This document shows positions 38,765 through 49,909 of a DNA stretch of 64,000 nt, piece by piece. The notes under the pieces were generated by a model, which ran no database searches, was not told the DNA's origin, and worked only from the letters and a program-made list of their open reading frames with translations. Source of the stretch: Azolla caroliniana (Eukaryota > Plantae > Polypodiophyta); NCBI GenBank assembly GCA_043228905.1, contig JBHGNT010000018.1, positions 4,278,001 to 4,342,000 on the forward strand, in the 5' to 3' direction. Each line of letters begins with the position of its first letter. Position 1 is the first letter of the stretch. Both the position numbers and the translations under genes were made by a program.

Positions 38765-39440
38765 GATGAGGACTACACATGGTCGCTCACGTTCCAGTTC
38801 CCGATGAGGGCCACACATGGTCGCTTATGTCTGTTCGTGTTCCAGTTCTCGATGACGGCTGCATGGTTGCTCACACCCATTGGTATTCGTGTTCCAGTCT
38901 CTGGTGAGGACAACACATGGTCACTCACTCCAACTATTGTTCGTGTTCCAGATCCCGACAAGGACAGACATGGTCGCTCATGCCTATTGCTGTTCATGTT
39001 CCAGTTCCCGGTGAGGACCACACATGGTCGCTCACGCCCGTTGGTGTTCGTGTTCCAACTCTCGACGAGGACTGACATGGTCTCGCATGCCCGTTGGTGT
39101 TTGTGTTCCCCATGAGGACCGCACATGGTCACTCATGACTGTTGGTATTTGTGTTCCAATTCCTGACGAGGACCGCACATAGTCGGTCACGCCCGTTTGT
39201 GTTCCAGTTCTAGTTCTTGGTGAGGACCGCATGGTCGCTCACGTCTGTTCGTGTTTGTGCTCCTGGTGAGGGCCGCAGATGGTCGCTCACGCCCGTGGGT
39301 GTTCCAATTCCCGGTGAGGGTCACACATGGTTGGTCATGCCCGTTTGTATTCGTGTTCTAGTTCTAGTTCCTGGTGAGGATTGGACATGGTCTCTCACAC
39401 CCGTTCGTGTTCCAGTTCTAGTTTCCGGTGAGGACCGCAC
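38765..39440 (+). repeat. ~47-bp minisatellite (~14 units), resumes at 56043-56100
   Basis: GGTGAGGACCACACATGGTCGCTCACGCCCGTTGGTGTTCGTGTTCCAGTTCCC-like units. Confidence 0.92.
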
Positions 39441-40236
39441 TGTTGAATACGGGCTTCTAATGGACGTATTCACATTATCTCCTTTTGTACACACTAGGCT
39501 TAGGCTATTTATGTAAATAGTGAGAAGGGCAGTTGCCCTAGGCCAGTCAGTATATAAATTGACTTTGTAACCTAGTTAGTGCATTGCGTTAAGTTGTAAT
39601 ACACTCTTGACATTGTGGCTAACTGTCTATCTCTCTTGTGTACTAGTTGATTTCGTTTTTTGTCTTCGCTGCCATAAAAGCTATGAACTTGCAACCATTT
39701 ACGATCTTATTCTAGAAGAGTCTCAATCTTGGTCCGCATTAGATGACGGTGGACCCAACATATGGTATCAGAGCGATGTTTGTTTGATTCCATTGCCGCC
39801 ATCTATCGAACCTCGATCAACAACTCTTCTCATGTACACCTTAAAGATCTCGATTGGCAACTCCTCTTGAAATCACATCTGACGGAGAGAGACAACCCCA
39901 ATCTGTGTTTCATTCGACTGAATAACACTCGGGAGGACCAATTGGCTCTGTTCCTCTCATCGTTGCAGTTCCCTGAAACAGGATCGGCTTGGAGAATCGC
40001 ACATAACCAGTGTTCAGAAATCACGGAAAAAATCGACATTCGAAATCGAACATTCAAATCTGGGTTCAATTTGACTAAGTCAGTTGATTGTAGTCACTCC
40101 GAACAAGATTCATCTATATTTGGAACCAACACGACTTCTGTCCAACTCCTGTTAGAATGACATCAAGTGAGCCTGGCTACTGCACTCCACCACAGTTCGT
40201 AGTTGACTCCAGACAAACTCTATTAAACCAACACAA

Positions 40237-43200
40237 ATGGCATCAACATCTGGCTCATCAGAGATGAGTCTAAGGAAGTTCGACGGATCGAACTTCAACT
40301 TCTAGAGGGAGCAGATGCAGGACTATTTAATGCTCAAGGGGCAAATTGACCCCATTGGGAATGAAGACCCTTTAGAAGGATACAAGCCGCTTGAATGGGA
40401 AAAGCTCAATAGAATTGTCCGAGCCACCATTCGGATGCACCTATCAGAGTCTGTGTACTTCATGGTGCAATTGTGTTCGACTACCTTCCAACTATGGAAG
40501 ACACTTTCAGACACTTATGAAAAGAAGGTTGCCGCCACCAAGATATACCTGATTCGGCGCCTTTATAACCTTCGGATGAAAGAGTCCGACTCAGTCCAGG
40601 CACACCTGAACGAGTACAAAAGCTTAAGCTCCCAAATTTCGGCCCAGGGGACGATTATCGAGGATGAACTAAAAGCAATGTTGCTCATGAGCAATCTCCC
40701 TCCTTCATGGGAAACTTTCGTTACAACCATGTGCAATGCGTCGACAGTTGCCCGTCGAGTACTCCTCAGTCACGAGTGCAATTATGATTGAAGCAGCTCG
40801 GAGAAAATCGTTTGCTAACGATTAAACCAACAACGCTTACGTAGTACAAGGTTCGACCGACCGATCGAACATCCATGGAAGAAGTTCTTCACAACAGTCA
40901 AACAATTAGTGAAGTCGGAGCAAGTCCCGGGATAATCGAGTCTGCAACTATTGCAAGAAACCCGGACACATCAAAACCGATTGCCGTGCACTCAAGGCAA
41001 AAAACGATAAGGCTCAAAGAGACGAGCAGAAGAGTGGCTGACACGATGAGATCAACTACGTCGACTCTACAACCGAAGTATTATCAAACGACTCGAACAT
41101 ACTATCAATTGAGAACCCAATCGAATCAGAAGTTTTGCTTACGACTGAAGAATCGAGCACATGGCTCTTAAACTCGGGTGCGTCCTTTCATTTGACTCCT
41201 CATCGATCCCAATTCCAACAATACACGGCCCGACATTCCGACTCAGTACGAGTAGAAAATTCGCAACACTATGACATAATTGGAATCGGCACGGTAGAGC
41301 TCAACCTTGCAGGTGGCTCTACATTAGTGGTATGCAATGTCTGACACGTACCTGAGCTCTCAAGACCACTGATCTCAGTCTGACAATTGGATGAAGAAGA
41401 CATTCGTGTTGGCTTCTCATGAAGAGGGTGGACGCTCCACAGGGGGAACCTCCTGCTTGCTCGAGGAACGAAGATACACTCATTTTACCCCTTGCACATC
41501 ACACTTAGAGAAGGTGACACAGTTCTGGTTGACATCCCCGTGTCATCACTATGGCATGGATGACTCGGACACCTCAGCAAGGCCGACGTCATGAACTTAT
41601 CCAGAGCCGGATACATCCCCAAACTCTTCTTCTCGGATCATCAATTTTGTGAGCATTACCAATATGGCAAACAGACAACCGCCACACACCCATCATCCGC
41701 CCCGAGAGAATCAAGTCCACTCGATTTGTTCCACTCAGAATTCTGTGGTCCCATGCCACATCAATCTCTCGGTGGTGATTTGTATTTCGTCAGCTTCATT
41801 AACGACTCAACTTGGAAGGTGTGGGCTTATCCAATCAAAAGGAAAGATCGAGTGTTCTCGATCTTCTCCGATTGGCTCGCTATGGTGGAGAATCAATACG
41901 GCTGAAAACTGAAATGCTTTTGAACCGATAATGGGGGATAGTTCAAATAAGCGGAATTCGTCAAATTTTGCCAACAACGTGGCATCATACGTGAATTTAT
42001 GACACCTCATCGTCCGGAGCAGAATGGGATTGCCAAGCGAATGAATCAGACAATTCAAGAAAGGATAGTTTCCATGCTCCAACACTCTGGACTGTTGGAT
42101 GGCTTCTGGGCAGAGGCCCTACTTACGGGAGTACACATAATCAATATGTCGTTGAGCAGGCCTCTAGGACTTCGGATCCCTCAGGAACTATGGACCGGCA
42201 GTAAGCCGAACTACGACAAGCTGAGGATATTTGGATGCGAGGCGTATGCCCTCATCCCGAAAGATGATCGCTGCAAACTTGCACCAAGGTCTAGGAAATG
42301 TATTTTCCTCGGTTATGGACCAGATGGCGAAATAGGATACAGACTCTAGGACCCCGAGCATAGACAAATCGTCCAAAGTTTGGACGTCGTGTTCAACGAG
42401 TCAACCATGCATCAATTGGTCGAAAAACCCATCAAAGTCCGAAGGGTAATTTTCTCCGATGTGTCAACCCTTCATGAGGGCCCAACTCACAACACGCGGT
42501 CAACTTCACGGGAAGCTAAACCCTCTAACACTGATTCGGAAGTGTTAGAATCGACACAACCAAACGACTTAGATTTGGATCATCCGACCTCAACACTCGA
42601 TGCGACAAATCTAGTCATACCTCAATGATCCGAGAGACTGTTGCAGCCCTTGGAAAGATACTCTCCTGATATCTTCCTCATGGACGCCGGAGAACCGACG
42701 TCATACGAAGAAGCATTGGCATCAGCTGACTCGGCCGCCTGGCATCTGGCAATGGAGTCTGAAATGAACTCCATTCGTGCAAACCACACTTGTGACTTGG
42801 TTGAATCACTGAAGGATCGACGTGCCCTCCCGTGTAAGTGGGTCTATCGAGTTAAGGAGATGTCCGATTCGGCCACCTCGAAATTCAAGGCCAGATTAGT
42901 AGCAAAGGGTTTTCGATAGGAATACGGCGTCGACTTCGACGAAATCTTTTCACCAGTGATGAAAATGACCACCCTTCGCTTTATGCTTGGCGTTGTGGCA
43001 TCCGAGAATTTGGAGTTGATTCAGCTAGATGTCAAAACAACTTTCCTCCACGGTGATCTTGACGAGGAAATTTATATGGAATAGCCGAAAGGCTTCGTGG
43101 TATCTGTCAAGAACATCTAGTCTACCGACTCAGGAAGAGTCTTTATGGCCCGAAACAGGCTCCGCGACAGTGGTACAAGAAGTTCGACGACTTCATCCAA

Positions 43201-44173
43201 TCGATCGACTTGTCTAAGAGCGATGAGGACCACTGCCTCTTCACGAAAAGAACTTGGGATGGATCTCCCATCTTCCTCATCATCTACGTGGACAACATGC
43301 TCATCTCTGGTTGCCATGACGGAGAACTCGCCGAACTTGTTCTGCAATTGTGGTTAAAGTTTTCCATGAAGGACCTCGGTTCGGCACGACACATCCTTGG
43401 TATGAAAATTAGTCGGAATTGAAATCGAAGACAACTATTTCTGTCTCAATCTGACTACATTGGCTGTGTCCTAGAACGCTTCCACATGCAATTGGCAAAA
43501 TCTGCCTCAACCCTGCTCCCTATTAGCACTCGACTGTCTCAGTGTGACTGTCCGACATCCGGTCCAAAGGGGGAACCTTGAGATCGGTATCGTATGCACT
43601 TGCAGTCGGCTCTCTAATGTACGCGATGGTCGCGACACGGCCTGACGTTGCTCATGTTGTCAGAGTCGTCAACAGATTTATGCACAATCCTGGCCGATCG
43701 TATTGGAACGCAATCAAGCATGTGTTCAGATATCTAATGGGCACAAAAGACCTTGGTATTCTATTCGGCCCAAATGACATCTCCGGGTGTAGTCGGATAC
43801 ACTGACTCGAACTTTGCAGGTTGCATAGACAACCGTAAATCAACAACCGGATATTGTTTTAAACTCAGCAATGAAGCGATCTAGTGGAAATCGAAACTTC
43901 AGGAGTGCACCGCCACATCAACGACCGAGGCCGAATACGTAGTTGTGTCCGATGCGGAAAAAGAGGCCTTATGGCTTGGTCGGCTGGGTTGCTCTGTCGA
44001 AAAATCTAGTTCATCACAACGCCTCCAAGCATATTGATGTTCGATATCATTTCGTTTGGGATTGTGTCATTTCAGGGAAAATCGGCCTTGAGAAGGTACC
44101 TACAACTGACAACGTTGCGGATGAAATGACCAAGTGTCTCTCGGCGGATCGATTTCGATCCCTTTGGTGTTGA
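40237..44173 (+). pseudogene. Copia-5 gag-pol, heavily disrupted
   Basis: LPPSWETFV, WLLNSGASFH, PEQNGIAKRMN, FKARLVAKGF, IYVDNMLI, SKHIDVRYHF. Confidence 0.9.
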
Positions 44174-44843
44174 ATGGGCGTAATGAAGAATCAGTCCGAT
44201 TAAATCAGACACTCAGGACGTTTCTCGGACAATAGACTTGGATAGTTCGAACTTCGATTTTACTCTCTCCGAACTCGGCCAATCCGGCCTTATGCTCTTC
44301 GGAGTTCACTGACTTGAACGAATTCTCGATTGTTCATAAACCTTGTATCAATCTGTATTGTACATTCATTTCGGTCTACAGATTTCAGATGTATGTTAAT
44401 CCTTAGGGCCGAACAATGGCCTAACACAGGGTGTCTCCGGAAGACACTTCACCAAAGGGGTGTTATGACGAGATAACTTAAGACACAATGATTAATCTGA
44501 CTTAATTGGCTACTTAGCAATAAGGCATTCACTTAATACACGCATAAGATATAACAATTAATACAGAACGGTAATCAATACGTGAAGATAAAACAAGAAG
44601 CTTATATTAATTCTCCATCAAAGTTTTACATTGTAATCGGGCCTTTATATAGGTCACCGGTGCTACGTACAAAATGGTGCCAACTGGCACCTGTTTGGAT
44701 CCGGTCCGGATCCGGATCGGCATACCGATTCCAGTCCGTCCGTTTACTACTTAATTATAATCTATTCTACTTAATTAAAATAGATTCCGAATAACAATCC
44801 CTTTCACATTCTGGTCTTTAACTCCTTTGCCGGTCGGGTAACA

Positions 44844-44896
44844 CATGGCACGCCTTTGGGACAGTACCTTGTACGTCGAATCCCACTATCTGGTCC
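44844..44896 (-). other. tRNA-3'-half-like motif at the PPT position of Gypsy-3
   Basis: Minus strand GATAGTGGGATTCGACGTACAAGGTACTGTCCCAAAGGCGTGCCA + TG + LTR. Confidence 0.75.
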
Positions 44897-47894
44897 TTAG
44901 CCTTCGTCCAAGATATCCAGAATACTCTGCTCCAGGGTATCCAATGGTTGTTCGGAACTTTGTTGTTGTTGTTGTTGTTGATGTTGTGGCTGTTGTTGCT
45001 GCGGTTGTGGTTGATGTTGTGGCTCCGACTCCTTCGACTGTTGCTCCTTAGATGGCGTCTGTTCGGCTCCCGGTACTGGCGGTTGTGGCGGTGATTCCTC
45101 CGTTAGTTGCTCTGCCGGATTTGACTCCGGTTGACTCGTCCCGGCCTTGTCTCCATCCGGTCCTTGCTCCGGTGATGGCTCCTCATTGCTGAGGTTGACT
45201 GTCGCCGCCTACTTTGCTTCTTCTTTCCGTAGCCTGGTCCGTTCATAGCATTCAAATTGGATTTGAGTATCCAGTCGATCATCATCTAGCTGTGCTACAA
45301 GTTGCCGGACCACTGCTGACTGTTCCTTCGCCAGAGTTACAAAATCCTCGGCTAACTCATCTCTTACGGCGGTGAAGTTCTCCTTTGTTAGCATGTAGCA
45401 ATCGTCGTCATCCTTCTACCGGTTTTCCACGTCCGCCCTTAGCAACTGGAGCTTGGCTGTGTGCTTTGCCCATTTGTCCCACCATTGCACAGAGCTCTCG
45501 TCAATCAAGCGTTTGGTCTTGTTTCTCCATGCCTGAACAATGAACTGGATGCGCTCCAATCCCATCTTCGATTTGTCCTCTGCGGCTTGCCATTCATCCT
45601 TCAATTGCTTGATCAGTGCCACCGTATCCACCTCCTGCTCCCGGTAATGTGACAATTGGGTTTGATAGGTGTTTTGCAGCCTTTGCAATACCATTGTCGC
45701 TCTTTCCTTCTCTTCATAATGCTGCTTATGGAGCTCCATACGTTCTTGCTTGGCTTCCTCCAGCAGTGTGGTTCTTTCAGCCCGTTCCTCCGCTAGCGCC
45801 GTCTCAACTCGATGCACCTCCTGCCGGAGCTCTGCCATCTTCTCCTGTTGTTTCTTATGCTCCATATCCAGGTGCTTGTAGTCTCGGTGCAGGTGCTCAA
45901 AATCATCGGTCTTCTGCTTCAGCTTTTGGTTGAGTTGCCGGCGAGCGCGGTCTTCCCGATCCTTCTGTTCACAGAGTTCTTCTTTCAGTCTTTCGATCTC
46001 TATTTCCGCCATTCGTTGCAGCTTCTCCTTTTCTTGCAGCGCCTTCTCTTTCTCCTCCTTCAGCCGGTCATAGGCCTGATGTCCTTTCGACAGATTCTCT
46101 TCTACCCGGCGGAGGTTCTCAGCAATCTTTTGTTGCTCTTCTTCTGCCGCTTTCTTCAAGTCCCGCTCTTGGGTGCGTAATGCTTCTTGTGTGGCCAGTT
46201 CATCTCTCAATTCAACAAACTCTTTTGCTTGCGCCGCCACTATCTCCGGGACTGGTTCCGTCTCCGAGGTCCTATTGCTATGTATAGGTGCCGGTGTTTC
46301 TTTATTCTGTACAGCTACCAGAGTCACCGGTGCTTGGATCGATGGTCCTGTTAAGGCCATTTTGGCCAATTCATCTGTGGCCAGGTCCAAGTCTTGTTCT
46401 AAGCTCCGGATCCTTGACCAGGCTGTCTCTAATTCTCCGGTTGTGACGAGCAACTGGTTCACCTATGCTTTCTCTTCCCCGTCTGTGTAGTGTACCACTT
46501 CGGCAATCTGTTCTCCAATCCACCGGAGCCATTGGCTGCCGGTGCCCTGTTTTTGCGTCTGCCCGGAGGGTTGGCTGTTGGTGTCGTTGGCCAGTGGTCG
46601 GTTTTGTCCAGTTGCGTCGAGCTGCAACTCTGGCTCTTGTTGGTGACCACTTTGCCGTTCTGGTTGCGGCTCCGTTGGCCGCTCCGCCTCTGAATGCTCT
46701 TGGCTTGCTGGTGGGGTAGGCAACTGTGCTTCCAACGCTTGCATTTCGGGTCTTGCTGTATCCTGACCCGCTGGTAGAGGTTGTTCTGCAGGGAGCTCTG
46801 TGACCGGTTCTATTCGAACCGGTTCCGGTTCCATCCTTGGTGCGGGCTGCTCAGTGCGGGGTACATGCGTTCCATCCTTCTTTGGGTCCGAAGGTGCTTG
46901 CCTTCTGGCGCCGCTGGGGGTGCTCTAACGGTTCCTCCTTCGCTTCCTCCTCCTGAGTCCCGATGTTGATTTTCGCTGCCGAGGGGTCCGACGCTTGTTG
47001 AACCGGTCGGTGAAGCCTGATCTTGATTGGCCGTGCCGGTGGCTCCTCCTGTGTTTCCGCCTGTCGCTTCCTATTGGCGCACTCCTTTGCCGCTTGGTCC
47101 ATGTCGGCTGCCTTCCCTTTGGTTGCCTTAGAAGCCAACAGCTACTACCGTTTCGAGGCCGTTTTCAGGGTGCCTTCAGTTGTTCTTCCCCGCTTTGTGG
47201 TCTTGACGGGCTCGATAGGTGGCGCCAATAGGGTGAGCCATTGCGCCACTTCCGTCCATATCTTCCGACCTTCCTTGCCTCTGATAGAGTCGATGGCCGC
47301 ATAAAGGCCATCTGCAATCAGTACCGGTCAGTCCACCTTCTCGCCTTCATATGTTGTTATGATTAAGCCGGCCCGGTTCTGAGGCATGCACGGGGGTCGA
47401 GGGTATACATGTCCAAATTCATGGAGCACCCGAGCAATCTCTCGAAAGAGTGGATCTTCGCCGCCTTGTGTCCGGTAGGCCTTGTTGGCTAGAGAGTATT
47501 CCCCAAAATATTTTCGGAGCTGCTCTTGGGTAGGGTTGTCGATAGTGAAGATGCCCCCTTCCGGAAGGCCAATCAACGCATGGATGGCCTCCTTAGTGAT
47601 CAGCTCCGTGTCGATTTCCTTGACTATCTTCTCTGCCTCCCGGTGCGGTGGCGCCTCCATGATTGTGAGGAAACCTTCTAACCCATGTTGCCTTAGCCAC
47701 TTCTTGGCTGCTTCAGAGAGTGCTTGGCAGTCCATGGCTTCTTCGAGGTTGGTGAGCGCTGGTGAGGGGTGTGTTTGAGGAGGCTCTGTGTGCGTGGGCT
47801 CGCGTCTGTTGATCTTCAATCGCCTCTCTACGTTTGTGCTCCTTTGTTCGTGAAATGTGAAGGTTTCTATGTGGTGGGGGTTTTCTTGTTGCAT
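44897..47894 (-). pseudogene. Gypsy-3 extra 3' ORF (~1000 codons, decayed): globular N-terminus plus long coiled coil
   Basis: ORFs 47328, 46851, 46463, 45416 and 45209 chain together across stops and frameshifts, ending ILDILDEG*. Confidence 0.75.
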
Positions 47895-48779
47895 GTTGGC
47901 GCCTGTTTTTTTCTTACCCGTGCGTGTGCACGTCGTGTACTAAAATAGAATGTCGTGCCATGTGGCGGCGGTTTTAATACCCTATTAATAGCCCACTTCG
48001 TACCTTTTCAAAGTGTCTGTTCACTCTTTGTTCTTGCATGTGTCCGTTCACCCCTCTCCCTTGCATGATTTACTTTGGTTTGATTTGATTTGATTTGATT
48101 TTTTTTTAATTTTTTTTAAATTTTTTAAAGATAAAAATGGTTTTGTTAATTCGCATCCGGTCCCATTGAACCCCTATCCGGATTGTGGAACTTGCCGGCC
48201 GCTGGACTGCTTGCCGTTGCATCGTTGTTGTCGTTTGTTGGCTCGTGCTCCCTCTTACCGGCTTCGCGCTTGTCGATTGCTGAACGTGTGGCCGTCTCTT
48301 CCGACTTACCGATGTCCGGTTCTGTGTACTTCTATTTAGTTGAAATTATATTTAGTTGAAATTATATTTCTATCATTGTACTTTTACATGTAAATTCTCA
48401 TACATGAGAGCTAAAATGAGTGACATGGTTAGCATGCACCACATGTAATACTTAAGCGCCAAATGGCAAACATGCAATTTATGCATGTCTTGTACCCTCA
48501 CATGCATCATATGCATGAGAGCATCTATAAAAGAGGGAAGGGGGAGGAGAAAAAGGACGGGTTTTTTTTATGAAAATTAAGAGGAAGAAATTCGTTATCA
48601 AATTGATCGTGTAATCTCAACTTCTCTCTTTCCCAATCTATCTTAAGTACTTTCTCGCCAAAGCTTGTATCGACTCTAAATCCTTCTGGTCCAGAACCCC
48701 GGCGGTTCTGCCTCACGATCCGCGCGTAGTGACAGATCTTCACGACACCGTATGGAAAAATTTGGAATTATGAGTGATA

Positions 48780-49615
48780 GATCTTCCGTAGGGAAAATTA
48801 GGATTAGGTTATATGAGTATTATGGCTTTCGTAGGGAAGATTAGGGTTTTTGAGTGTTAGGGCTTCCGTAGGGAAGATTAGGATTAGGTTATATGAGTAT
48901 TATGGCTTCCGTAGGGAAGATTAGGGTTTATGACTTTCGTAAGGAAATTGAGGGTTCTTGGTTTCGATAAGATAAGAGAGCTCAGAAAGAAAAGAAAAAT
49001 AAATTAAGATAATATGGAGAGAGCATGAGTGTAGGAAAAAAATGGAATTTTATATGGAGTTCTCCCTTGATCATCTGCATGTCCACTTTTTGTTGCATGG
49101 GCTCTACTTTTTAGTTGCTTAGCTTTTTCTTTTAGTTGCATCTATTTTTAGTTGCATGGCTTTTTCTTTTAGTTGCATGCGACCGTCCACATGACCTTTA
49201 CTTTTTGCATGCACTCCAACTTTAGTTGCTTGCGTCCACATGGCCTTTACTTTAGTTCTCTTCACTTTACTTTAGTTTGTTGCATGATCCAATCTTCCGT
49301 TCGTCCGCATCCAACCTTGTCCGGTAGCCGGTTCTGCCTGATCGTCGAATCCCTCGCCGGCCGGTTCCATTTTGCTTGCCGGCCGGTTCCGGTTTCGATT
49401 TTGCTTGCCGGTCGGTTCCAGTTCCGGTTTGCTTGCCGGTTCCGGTTCCGGTTTTGCTGACCGGCCAGTTTCCAGATTCCGGTTTTGCTTACTGACCGGT
49501 TTCCAAATTTGCTTACCGGCCAGTTTCTGGTTTTGCTTGCCGGCCGGTTTCTAGATTTGCTTACCAACCGGTTTCCGGATTTGCTTACTGGCCAGTTTCC
49601 GGTTTTTGGGAACTT
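48780..49615. repeat. Three adjacent tandem arrays in the Gypsy-3 pol / extra-ORF spacer
   Basis: CTTCCGTAGGGAAGATTAGG units (48783-48950), TTTTAGTTGC units (49085-49285), and ~24-bp TTGCTTGCCGGCCGGTTCCGG units (49355-49610). Confidence 0.85.
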
Positions 49616-49909
49616 GGCCACCATCATCCATCAAGACAAAGTGGCCAAAGTGCTCTTAGCACAAATGAAAAATGAGGGAGCTCAAGGTGCTTATATAGCC
49701 AGAGCTTTAAGTTTCCTATCTATGTGGGATAGTTCTAATTTCCCTATCTTCTCAAATTCATTTTCACATAACTTAATATGTATTTCTCCATTTTGTATAT
49801 AGTAAAATACGTTTTGAAGCTCTTGAGTATATCCATCTTTCTATAGTAAGCTACTAATCTAATCTATAATAATTATTTCATTATTTTTTTTACATAGTGT
49901 GTGAAGATT

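Noticed and set aside
38765-39440. CRISPR-like appearance of the 47-bp array
   Set aside because: Units are degenerate copies along their whole length, with no unique spacers and no cas genes, in a eukaryotic TE context.
44846-44865. Gypsy-3 being plus-oriented with antisense gag-pol (PBS-like TGGCACGCC on +)
   Set aside because: The LTR TATA box and all ORFs are on the minus strand, and Gypsy-1 has a sense PBS as well as the same inverted motif.
45416-46462. Captured host myosin/SMC/tropomyosin gene
   Set aside because: Generic coiled-coil composition only, with no head domain or introns. It lies within the element's extra ORF, whose end is shared with Gypsy-1.
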